32,000 bases of DNA from Peptococcus simiae (lineage in GTDB: Bacteria > Bacillota > Peptococcia > Peptococcales > Peptococcaceae): positions 122,054 to 154,053 of the forward strand of contig NZ_JBJUVG010000003.1 of assembly GCF_046097595.1 (NCBI RefSeq), read 5' to 3'. The notes beneath the pieces are model-generated. The model was not told the origin of the DNA. It made no database searches and saw only the letters and a list, made by a program, of their open reading frames with translations. Shown here piece after piece: positions 16,889 to 23,835 of this stretch. The translations under genes and the position numbers were made by a program. Each line of letters starts with the position of its first letter. Position 1 is the stretch's first letter.

Positions 16889-17158
16889 GTAGCCGCACAC
16901 CGACCATTGAAAAACGCTCCCAAGCGGCAAACCACCAGCCGGCTCGAGCCAGGCACCCCGGCGGCACATATGTGGACCTGCTTATTGCTGCTTCCTTCCG
17001 GACCTGACAAGGTTCACAGGGACATATTGCGTCGGACCCGACTGTCATCACTACTTAATGATCGCCAGACCTTAAAATTACTTCCCGCGGGTCGGCCTCA
17101 GTCCTGCTATAGCGGATTGCAGGTAACAGGGCACCGCTAGCGCCCCACCTAGTGCGGT
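16889..17158 (-). ncRNA. ffs: signal recognition particle RNA, long (Bacillus-type, Alu-domain-containing) form
   Basis: The minus strand contains the near-invariant helix-8 motif GTCAGGTCCGGAAGGAAGCAGC (rc of about 16972-17008). The 5' CCGCAC pairs with the 3' GTGCGG. Length is about 270 nt, and the gene has its own promoter and terminator. End coordinates are approximate. Confidence 0.85.
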
Positions 17159-17164
17159 TTTTCT

Positions 17165-17193
17165 ATTATACAGGTCTGGGGCTGTTTTTGCAA
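17165..17193 (-). promoter_or_regulatory. promoter of the SRP RNA gene
   Basis: On the minus strand: TTGCAA (17193-17188), 17-nt spacer, TATAAT (17170-17165). Confidence 0.7.
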
Positions 17194-17285
17194 GAAGGCC
17201 TTTTATCCCGGGTGGGCTTTTGTGGTAAAAGGTGGAAAAGTGAGTTATAATTAAGCCAAAGTTAAATCATTTGGGAGTGATGTAA

Positions 17286-18203
17286 ATGGCAATTGAAACA
17301 GTCGGTATCATCGGCATGGGGGCCATGGGTATGCTGCTGGCTTCTCAAATGGCTGACCGGTTACCGGAAGGCCAGTTAAATGTCATTGTAGACAAGACGC
17401 GGCTGAAAAGCTACGCTGAGGCAGACTTTATTGTGAATGATAAGCCCCTGCAGCTGAACTTTGTCACGGCACCGGCGGCGGGTGAGGCCCTGGACCTGGC
17501 CATCTTTGCGGTCAAGTACCAGGCTTTGGCCGGTGCCATCAAAGAAATGAAGCCCTTTATTGACGACCATACGACGATTATTTCTATTTTGAACGGGATC
17601 GCCAGCGAAGAGGACTTAGCAGAAGCCTTTGGCGATGACCAGGTCCTTTACTGTGTCGCCCAGGGCATGGACGCCACCCGCCAGGGGCATACCATGCACT
17701 ATAGCCGGGCCGGCCAACTGGCCCTGGGGGTCCGGTCAGCAGGGCAGGAAGACCGGCTGCAAGACCTGGTCGACTTTTTCCGCCGGGTTGATATCGCCAT
17801 TGAGTTACCGGAAGATGCCCGCCGCCAGCTTTGGAATAAGTTTATGTTTAACGTGGGGCTTAACCAGGTGGTCAGCGTTTACGGCGATGGCTACGGGGTC
17901 ATCCAAAAACAGGGCGAGGCCCGGGACCAAATGGTCCAGGCCATGCGGGAAGTCCTCCCCCTGGCCAAGGCTGAAGGGGTGGACCTGACAGAGGACGACC
18001 TTAAGGGCTGGCTAGGCGTGGCCGATGGCTTTGCCGCTGACGGCAAGCCCTCCATGCTCCAAGACCTGGAGGCCGGTCGACCGACAGAGGTTGAGCTCTT
18101 TAGCGGTACGGTTTGCAAGCTCGCTGAAAAGCATGAAATGTCTGCGCCGGTCAATGACTGGCTCTACCATATTTTGACGGCTAAAAATAAGGAATTAGAA
18201 TAA
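17286..18203 (+). CDS. panE: ketopantoate reductase (PanE/ApbA) family oxidoreductase
   Basis: 305 aa. N-terminal Rossmann motif GIIGMGAMG. Family blocks: AVKYQAL, ILNGI, LWNKFMFN, KPSMLQDLEAGRPTEVE. The physiological substrate cannot be assigned from sequence alone. Confidence 0.75.
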   Translation: MAIETVGIIGMGAMGMLLASQMADRLPEGQLNVIVDKTRLKSYAEADFIVNDKPLQLNFVTAPAAGEALDLAIFAVKYQALAGAIKEMKPFIDDHTTIISILNGIASEEDLAEAFGDDQVLYCVAQGMDATRQGHTMHYSRAGQLALGVRSAGQEDRLQDLVDFFRRVDIAIELPEDARRQLWNKFMFNVGLNQVVSVYGDGYGVIQKQGEARDQMVQAMREVLPLAKAEGVDLTEDDLKGWLGVADGFAADGKPSMLQDLEAGRPTEVELFSGTVCKLAEKHEMSAPVNDWLYHILTAKNKELE

Positions 18204-18274
18204 GTCCAGTTTGTGGGCTGCCGGGGGAGGGTATTTAGAGAAGTAAGTTTTAAAGTTAAAGTAGGTGGACAAAA

Positions 18275-18907
18275 ATGACGCAACCGATGATGGAGGGGTT
18301 TAAGGCGCTACGCCAAGGCGACCGCCTATCCGTAGAGAGTCTGTTTGCATCAGAGCGTACATTTTGGCTGACGGCATCTATCGCAACTGGCTTCGCCTTA
18401 GCAGAACTGCAAGAGGGGCCCGCTCGCTTAATAACCCAGCAAAATGACGATGATATGCTTGAAAAATTCAACGCCTGCCTCCGGACAGGCCATATTGATG
18501 AGACGGTCTTTGTTGAAAGCAAGGCCCGGACCCTGGACAATATGCAGGCCATTGCCCGCATCCTGCAACAGGGCACTGTCTTTAATACAGACCGGGCGGT
18601 TCAAGTCTGTACGGCCTTTGTGAGCTACTGGCTCTTCAGCAAGCTCATTGAAATGGAGTGGGAAAGACTCCTGGCTGCAGATGCCCGGCGGGAAAGCTAT
18701 ATTTTCATGGATGGCATTATTGCCGACCAGGATGAACTGGCGATTATCCGTGAAAAGGTCCACCAGGACCAGCCCCTGTATGATGATGAAATTGTTTACT
18801 TGCGGAGCCACTGGCAGGTGGGCCGGGAATTCTTCCGTCGCCTGCAAAATAAGCTGGTGCTCCTAGACCGGGGCCTCATTCCCTTTGTATCCGGCCCCCG
18901 GGCATAA
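18275..18907 (+). CDS. hypothetical protein (210 aa, soluble, mostly helical by composition)
   Basis: ORF with an AGGTGG RBS 6 nt upstream. It ends at a shared terminator. I recognise no motif. Confidence 0.6.
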   Translation: MTQPMMEGFKALRQGDRLSVESLFASERTFWLTASIATGFALAELQEGPARLITQQNDDDMLEKFNACLRTGHIDETVFVESKARTLDNMQAIARILQQGTVFNTDRAVQVCTAFVSYWLFSKLIEMEWERLLAADARRESYIFMDGIIADQDELAIIREKVHQDQPLYDDEIVYLRSHWQVGREFFRRLQNKLVLLDRGLIPFVSGPRA

Positions 18908-18936
18908 AAAAACCGCCCGGTGGGCGGTCTTTGTCT
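18905..18936. terminator. bidirectional terminator between convergent genes
   Basis: A7, then ACCGCCC-GGT-GGGCGGT, then CTTTGTCTT. The A-run and T-rich run flank the stem on both sides. Confidence 0.75.
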
Positions 18937-19292
18937 TAAGCTTCCGGCGGTGTCATAGCGATTTTTTGGGTCAAGTCCGGGTCTAGGTCCTGAGTAGCAC
19001 CCAAAGGTGTACCACAGCGCGTTAAGCGGCTTTCGAGCTGGTTGCGTTGAGCGGCCAGCTCCCGCTTTTCACTTTCCAGGCTGGCGTTTAGCCGTTCGGC
19101 TTCCTTGGCCCGCTTGCGATTGGCATAGGTCCGGTACATAAAGTGGCCCAGGAACAAGGCCAGGCAGGCGCTTAGAGCGGTGCTGGAAATCATGTAGTAG
19201 ACAAAGGGGAGGGTTTCGTTGAAACCCAGGTAGGCTAAGATGGCCGCCCCGGCCACAATGATCAGGGAAATAAGAAATAGGAATATCCGCAT
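18936..19292 (-). CDS. small membrane protein, two N-terminal TM helices plus coiled-coil tail (LapA/DUF1049-like)
   Basis: 118 aa. Two hydrophobic helices are followed by a charged heptad-like segment, KRAKEAERLNASLESEKRELAAQRNQLESRL. The architecture, not the sequence, suggests the LapA-domain family. Confidence 0.55.
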   Translation of the reverse strand: MRIFLFLISLIIVAGAAILAYLGFNETLPFVYYMISSTALSACLALFLGHFMYRTYANRKRAKEAERLNASLESEKRELAAQRNQLESRLTRCGTPLGATQDLDPDLTQKIAMTPPEA

Positions 19293-19387
19293 AATACATC
19301 TCCTTTTGAGCTGATGGGTTACTAGCTGTCATTATACTAGATGCCGGATTAGCTTTCAATTGCTAGCATTTAATATGGAGGTTGACC

Positions 19388-19603
19388 ATGAGTTTAAATA
19401 AATTACGTCGCGTCAAGGAAGGCAAAAAAATTGCCGGTGTCTGCCAGGGCTTAAGTGAGTTTCTCGGTATTGATGCATCCTATATCCGGCTGGGCTTTGT
19501 CCTTCTGGCCTTTTTGCCGCCGATTCCTTTTTTTGGTATGGTGATTATTTATGCCGTTCTGGCAGCTGTGATTCCTGAGGACGAAGGCTATATTGACGTT
19601 TAA
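19388..19603 (+). CDS. PspC-domain membrane protein
   Basis: 71 aa. KLRRVKEGKKIAGVCQGLSEFLGIDASYIRLGFVL is a typical PspC domain, followed by one TM segment. ATG 19388 follows GGAGG. Confidence 0.8.
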   Translation: MSLNKLRRVKEGKKIAGVCQGLSEFLGIDASYIRLGFVLLAFLPPIPFFGMVIIYAVLAAVIPEDEGYIDV

Positions 19604-19684
19604 TTGAAGCAAACCCGAGAGGATACCGGGGCTGCCCCGGTCCTTGTGGTCTTTCAAAATAAGCAAGTAGATTCTTAAAACGAG

Positions 19685-19930
19685 GTGAGACAAGTGGCTT
19701 ATGAAGGGAATGGCTCCGGCCGCAAGAAAAGATTGAGTAAGGCTAAAGAGGGCGCTAAGCTGGAAGGGGTCTGCCAGGGCTTGGCCAATCATTTCGGCTG
19801 GGATGTGAGCCTGGTCCGGCTCTGCTTTTTCCTGCCGGCTATTTTACCCGGCGTTACGATGATGGGGGCCCTGGGTCTCTACATCATTTTAGCGATTATT
19901 TTACCGACGGAAGCGGATTCTTATGAATAA
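19685..19930 (+). CDS. PspC-domain membrane protein (paralogue)
   Basis: KAKEGAKLEGVCQGLANHFGWDVSLVRLCFFL plus one TM segment. The start is uncertain (GTG 19685 or GTG 19694). The stop overlaps the next gene's start (ATGAATAA). Confidence 0.75.
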   Translation: MRQVAYEGNGSGRKKRLSKAKEGAKLEGVCQGLANHFGWDVSLVRLCFFLPAILPGVTMMGALGLYIILAIILPTEADSYE

Positions 19931-20342
19931 ACAGGGTGTGGTGATTTTCGGGCATGGCAGCCGCCGCCGGGAAGGCCTGGCGACCGTTACGGAAACAGCG
20001 GCCCGCTTTGCCCGGGCCCATCCGGAATATGTCACTGCCCATGCTTTTTTAGAATTTGCCAAGCCGACCCTGCCTGAATCGGTGGTTGCCCTTTATGAGC
20101 AAGGGGTACGAACCTTTTATATCATCCCCCTCTTTTTAGCCATGGGGACCCATTGTGCCAAGCATCTACCGGATATGATCAGCAATCTAAAGAAGACTTA
20201 CCCGGATGCCGGCTTTTTCCTGGCCCCGCCCTTAGGTGCCGACCCCTTATTATCGACGATTGTTGAAAAGCGGGTCACTGGCCTGGTAGATGAGCAGACG
20301 AAAAGAGGTGACGGATCCGATGAGAGTGCTCCTTCTTTATGA
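19923..20342 (+). CDS. cbiX: CbiX/SirB-type class II chelatase-fold protein (short form)
   Basis: 139 aa. Blocks: VVIFGHGSRR, IIPLFLAMGTHCAKHLPD, PPLGADP. Both ends overlap the neighbouring genes. Confidence 0.7.
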   Translation: MNKQGVVIFGHGSRRREGLATVTETAARFARAHPEYVTAHAFLEFAKPTLPESVVALYEQGVRTFYIIPLFLAMGTHCAKHLPDMISNLKKTYPDAGFFLAPPLGADPLLSTIVEKRVTGLVDEQTKRGDGSDESAPSL

Positions 20343-20700
20343 TATTGGCGATATTCGCCCCTCCATCCATGAAGTCCTAACAGCGGCAGCCGTCGCCGGC
20401 GCCTGTCCGGACCGGCTCAATGATTTGAAGCTATGCCTATACGAACTGCTGGGCAACGCCCTCTTGCATAGTCAAGGGGCTGTGGCCCTGACCTGTTCCT
20501 TTGAAGCGGATGGTGTCCGGGTAAGCGTGCGGCAGACGGCCCCCTGGCAAGGTGAAGCCTTGGAGGGTTGTCACAAGTGCCTGGAAGCGGAAATCACCAG
20601 GGAAAGCGGTCGCGGGTTATTCCTGGTCCGGGCCTTAAGCGATGACCTGGAATACCGGGAAGAATCCCGGGACATGCGCTTACGGATGCGGTTAGTTTAA
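20320..20700 (+). CDS. anti-sigma factor, RsbW/SpoIIAB-like serine kinase (HATPase_c_2)
   Basis: About 126 aa from ATG 20320, with AAGAGGTG upstream. N-box-like ELLGNALLHS and G-box-like SGRGLFLVRALSD. It overlaps cbiX by 23 nt and directly precedes a SigB/F-type sigma gene. Confidence 0.7.
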   Translation: MRVLLLYDIGDIRPSIHEVLTAAAVAGACPDRLNDLKLCLYELLGNALLHSQGAVALTCSFEADGVRVSVRQTAPWQGEALEGCHKCLEAEITRESGRGLFLVRALSDDLEYREESRDMRLRMRLV

Positions 20701-20716
20701 TGTAATGGAGACTGCT

Positions 20717-21469
20717 ATGGCAAACAACAGAAAAGATATAGAAAAATTAGTGCATGACTATAAGGCCGATCCCAGTGATGCTAAGCTGGAGGAAATTATT
20801 GAAAATATGGAGCCGCTGGTGCGCTACTGGTGTCAAGCACAATGCTATTTGCCGTGGGAAAAGGAAGACATGTTGCAGGTGGCCCGGATTGCTGTGCTGG
20901 GGGCCATTGACCGTTTTGACCCGGAAAAGGGCGTCCGGTTTAAAACCTTCGCTTACCGGACCGTTAGCGGCAAATTGATGAACTACTACCGGGACAACAC
21001 CTGGCGGATCACCATCCCCCGGAAGTATAGGGAAATGAGCACCTATATTACCAAGGCGGAAAATGAATACTACCAGAACTTCGGTGAATCCCCTTCCACC
21101 GGGCAGATCGCCAAGATGATTGGGGTAGAAGAGCAGGAAGTGGCCGATGCCATTGAAGCCAAAAGGGCGACCCAAACCACCTCCCTGTCTGTCCAGGAAG
21201 ATGCTGACGGCAACGTCAATACCCTGGCCAACTACCTGGGTGAAGAAGACGGCAACCTGGATACCGTAGAGCTCAAGCGGGACCTGAAAGAGGCCATGGA
21301 GCACCTGGACATGCAGGAACGCCAGGTTATCTATTACCGCTATGTGGAGGACCTGACCCAGACCAAGATTGCCGATATTTTAGGGGTCAGCCAAATGCAG
21401 GTATCCCGGCTGGAGAAGAACTCCCTGAATAAAATTCGCCAATTTATGAAAGCTGAAGCCCAGGCATAA
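20717..21469 (+). CDS. RNA polymerase sigma factor, SigB/SigF/SigG subfamily
   Basis: About 250 aa. Region 2: IAVLGAIDRFDPEKGVRFKTFAYRTVSGKLMNYYRDNTWRITIPRK. Region 4 HTH: LTQTKIADILGVSQMQVSRLEKNSL. I prefer ATG 20717, after GGAG; the track start is 20705. Confidence 0.88.
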   Translation: MANNRKDIEKLVHDYKADPSDAKLEEIIENMEPLVRYWCQAQCYLPWEKEDMLQVARIAVLGAIDRFDPEKGVRFKTFAYRTVSGKLMNYYRDNTWRITIPRKYREMSTYITKAENEYYQNFGESPSTGQIAKMIGVEEQEVADAIEAKRATQTTSLSVQEDADGNVNTLANYLGEEDGNLDTVELKRDLKEAMEHLDMQERQVIYYRYVEDLTQTKIADILGVSQMQVSRLEKNSLNKIRQFMKAEAQA

Positions 21470-21501
21470 AAAATAGACACGGCAACCGTGTCTATTTTTT
21501 A
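21468..21501. terminator. bidirectional terminator
   Basis: A-run, then TAGACACGG-CAA-CCGTGTCTA, then TTTTTT. It lies between the sigma gene and the convergent membrane-protein gene. Confidence 0.85.
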
Positions 21502-21950
21502 TGTCGCCCGGCCAGGACTTGGAGGGTGTCTACGAGGGCGCAGAGAAAGACCAGGTACTGAGATCCTTGTTGTAAGGTATAAAGGCTTATATCTGCGGGT
21601 AAAGGGCCAAAAAAATCTATAGGAGCTACCTGTTGAAAGATAAAAGGTAAAGCTAGTAAGAGTATCAAACAACAAATGGTTAGTCCATTCAAAGCAATGA
21701 TAAAAGTGTTTGAAATAATAAAATGAATTTGATGTAGGCAGATGCCGGCTAAAACTCCTATGATTAGCCATGGCAATAAGGTCAAAAGAGTCTTCAAAAA
21801 AATGAGTGTTATGGGGGGAACTGCATAAAAAAGAAATGGCTGATGAGCAATCAAGTGAAAAAGTGGAAAAGTTAGTATAGAAATAATTAGCAATAAAAAT
21901 TGTTTTATTAAGCACTTATTCATAAAATCACTCTTTCGAAAAAGAATCAT
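21492..21950 (-). CDS. hypothetical polytopic membrane protein (4-5 TM) in the low-GC islet
   Basis: 152-aa hydrophobic ORF; an alternative start at M10 corresponds to 21923. The competing frame (21499..21915) is not protein-like. I recognise no family. Confidence 0.55.
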   Translation of the reverse strand: MILFRKSDFMNKCLIKQFLLLIISILTFPLFHLIAHQPFLFYAVPPITLIFLKTLLTLLPWLIIGVLAGICLHQIHFIISNTFIIALNGLTICCLILLLALPFIFQQVAPIDFFGPLPADISLYTLQQGSQYLVFLCALVDTLQVLAGRHKK

Positions 21951-22025
21951 TGACTACTCTGTAATAATACTATAAAATATAAATACTCGCAATAGTTATT
22001 TTCGGTTGATTTAAGGGAGGTTTAT

Positions 22026-22754
22026 ATGATGAAAAGAAAGGGAATCTTATGCTGTGTTGTTATCGTTGTTGCAGCTTTCTTAGCAACGCCCGCTTTTGCT
22101 GGAACAGATAGTCACCCTCTAGAAAAAACATATTCTGCTGAAGAAATTCTTGACCGAAATGATTATTTGTGTAATGTAGATCAGGCAGAGATGAATAGCA
22201 CAAATGCTTATTTAATTAATCCAAAAACTAATGAAAAAGTGATTCTTAGAACGTATACGTCGCCACAACTTAAAATGCTACAAACACCTTATGATAAGCT
22301 ATCGAAGGTGAGTGAAGATATTTACTTTCGGGATGTAGCTGTTGACCTTACTGCAGAAGATTTGAGACGAGCAGGTCTATCTGAAGAGACGGGTGAAATA
22401 TGGGATAATGGGGGGCGTGTAAAATCTTGGGGAAGGTTTTATTATAAACAAAATTATAACTATGTTTTAATGACGAAGATTACAGGTAATTGGCGTAATG
22501 ATTATCCAAATGCTATCACTTTAAGTAACCATGTTGCTCAGGCAAAATGCGCAAGTAGTAATACATCTTTTCAAACACGAAAATGGTGGCCGAATGGTGG
22601 CTATACTTATAGTACAGGGTTTTCAGAATATGCGTTAATAGGGACTTCTTACACTACAATTGCTCTTCGACAACAAGTTAATGTAACCTATCGAAACACT
22701 GGGGAAACAACTATACTTACTTTAGTTCTTGCTCCGTGGGGCGAGGCTTGGTAG
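22026..22754 (+). CDS. hypothetical secreted protein (Sec signal peptide, Tyr/Trp/Asn/Thr-rich mature part)
   Basis: 242 aa. GGGAGG RBS. The signal peptide MMKRKGILCCVVIVVAAFLATPAFA is followed by GTD. I recognise no family. Confidence 0.65.
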   Translation: MMKRKGILCCVVIVVAAFLATPAFAGTDSHPLEKTYSAEEILDRNDYLCNVDQAEMNSTNAYLINPKTNEKVILRTYTSPQLKMLQTPYDKLSKVSEDIYFRDVAVDLTAEDLRRAGLSEETGEIWDNGGRVKSWGRFYYKQNYNYVLMTKITGNWRNDYPNAITLSNHVAQAKCASSNTSFQTRKWWPNGGYTYSTGFSEYALIGTSYTTIALRQQVNVTYRNTGETTILTLVLAPWGEAW

Positions 22755-22763
22755 TTACTGCTT

Positions 22764-22812
22764 AGCGGCGTATCAAATGATTTTGATTATTTGATACGCC
22801 GCTTCTTTATTT
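22764..22812 (+). terminator. long perfect hairpin terminator
   Basis: 15-bp perfect stem AGCGGCGTATCAAAT / ATTTGATACGCCGCT, 10-nt loop, then TCTTTATTT. Confidence 0.75.
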
Positions 22813-23292
22813 CGGCTGGTAGGCCGTGGCCTGCCGGGTCTCAGGGTCGTATTGTTCCAGGGGAATGCCGGCCTCGGCGAATAAATCCATGGCCAGCTTG
22901 TCCGGGTAGGCTCCCAGAAAAACCACCCGGGTCACGCCGACGCCGATGAGCATTTTGGCGCATAGGGTGCAGGGGGAGTCGGTGCAGTAGAGGGTGGCCC
23001 CACTGATAGATACCCCCATAATGGCGGCCTGGATGATGGCGTTTTGCTCAGCGTGCAGGGCCCGGCAGTATTCGTGGCCGGCCCCGGAGGGAAAGCCCAT
23101 CTTGACCCGGAGACAGCCCCCCAGGTCACCGCAATGGGCCATGCCGGCCGGGGCCCCGTTGTAGCCGGTGGTGATGATTCGGTGGTCCTTGACCAAGAGA
23201 GCCCCCACCTGCCGGCGGATGCAGGATGACCGCGTCTTTATAATTTGTACAATATCCATAAAATAACTGTCCCAGTCCGGACGTTCTAACAT
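22807..23292 (-). CDS. comEB: dCMP deaminase
   Basis: About 161 aa. Zinc motifs HAEQNAI and PCTLCAKMLI. I prefer the ATG at 23292-23290 (MLERPDWDSYFM), after GAGGTGA. Confidence 0.9.
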   Translation of the reverse strand: MLERPDWDSYFMDIVQIIKTRSSCIRRQVGALLVKDHRIITTGYNGAPAGMAHCGDLGGCLRVKMGFPSGAGHEYCRALHAEQNAIIQAAIMGVSISGATLYCTDSPCTLCAKMLIGVGVTRVVFLGAYPDKLAMDLFAEAGIPLEQYDPETRQATAYQPK

Positions 23293-23505
23293 ACTTTTCA
23301 CCTCGTGCTTATCCTATCACGGCCACCGGCCGGGGACAAGGTTTTCTCTTGCCGGCGAGGGCTTTTACCCGGTCTGGCCGCAGGGGCCTGCCCTTTCCTG
23401 TAAGTGGGGATTTCTTGCACATTTTTTCACAGGCCGGTTGTTCTAGACGCTTTTCTTCCGTATAATAGGAATTAATCTGGCTAATATTATAAATGGGGGG
23501 ATAGC

Positions 23506-23835
23506 ATGGATCAGAAAGTGATTGCCCTACCTAGATTAAACGGCTTGAGCCCGAATTTAGAATCAACAGCCCTAAAGCTCATGGAAGAAACCGGTGAGCT
23601 GGCCCAGGCCATTGGCAAGTACCGGGGCCTGTCCGGCGAACGGTCCAGTTATACGGATAAAGAAATTCAAGGGGCCATTGCCTCAGAATTATTGGATGTG
23701 GCCCAAACCGCTGTCTCGATGATGTATGTCCTAGAAGAACAATATGACGTAGATATCGCCCAGGCGCTGGAGGCCCATATTGAAAAACTCCTACGCAAGG
23801 GCTACTTAACCATGGATAAGGGGGATGGCCAATGA
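23506..23835 (+). CDS. MazG-like nucleotide pyrophosphohydrolase domain protein
   Basis: 109 aa. Contains an EExGE-type motif (LMEETGELAQAI) and a second acidic helix (SELLDVAQT). ATGA overlap with mnaA. Confidence 0.65.
   Translation: MDQKVIALPRLNGLSPNLESTALKLMEETGELAQAIGKYRGLSGERSSYTDKEIQGAIASELLDVAQTAVSMMYVLEEQYDVDIAQALEAHIEKLLRKGYLTMDKGDGQ

Noticed and set aside
16748-17140. Four overlapping ORFs of 60-85 aa on both strands (16748..16969, 16794..17051, 16828..17010, 16907..17140).
   Set aside because: The interval is explained by the minus-strand SRP RNA gene with its own promoter and terminator. None of the ORFs has an RBS, and their sequences are low-complexity and Arg/Pro/Gly-rich.
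11064-17200. The GRE locus as a tRNA-Ser-integrated genomic island.
   Set aside because: I saw no integrase gene and no direct repeat of the tRNA 3' end (TTCGAATCCCTC...) at the far boundary. GC content and codon usage of the locus match the his and atp genes.
21499-21915. Alternative 138-aa minus-strand ORF in the low-GC islet.
   Set aside because: Its sequence is Ser/Phe/Thr/Tyr-rich, low-complexity and not protein-like. The overlapping 152-aa frame encodes regular hydrophobic helices and is the more plausible gene.
22026-22754. Assigning the secreted 242-aa protein to the lactococcin-972 family or to aerolysin/ETX-MTX2 pore-forming toxins.
   Set aside because: The only support is a short GRFYYKQNYNY resemblance to the Lcn972 C-terminus and one alternating-polarity segment. 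This is far too weak without a profile search or a structure prediction.
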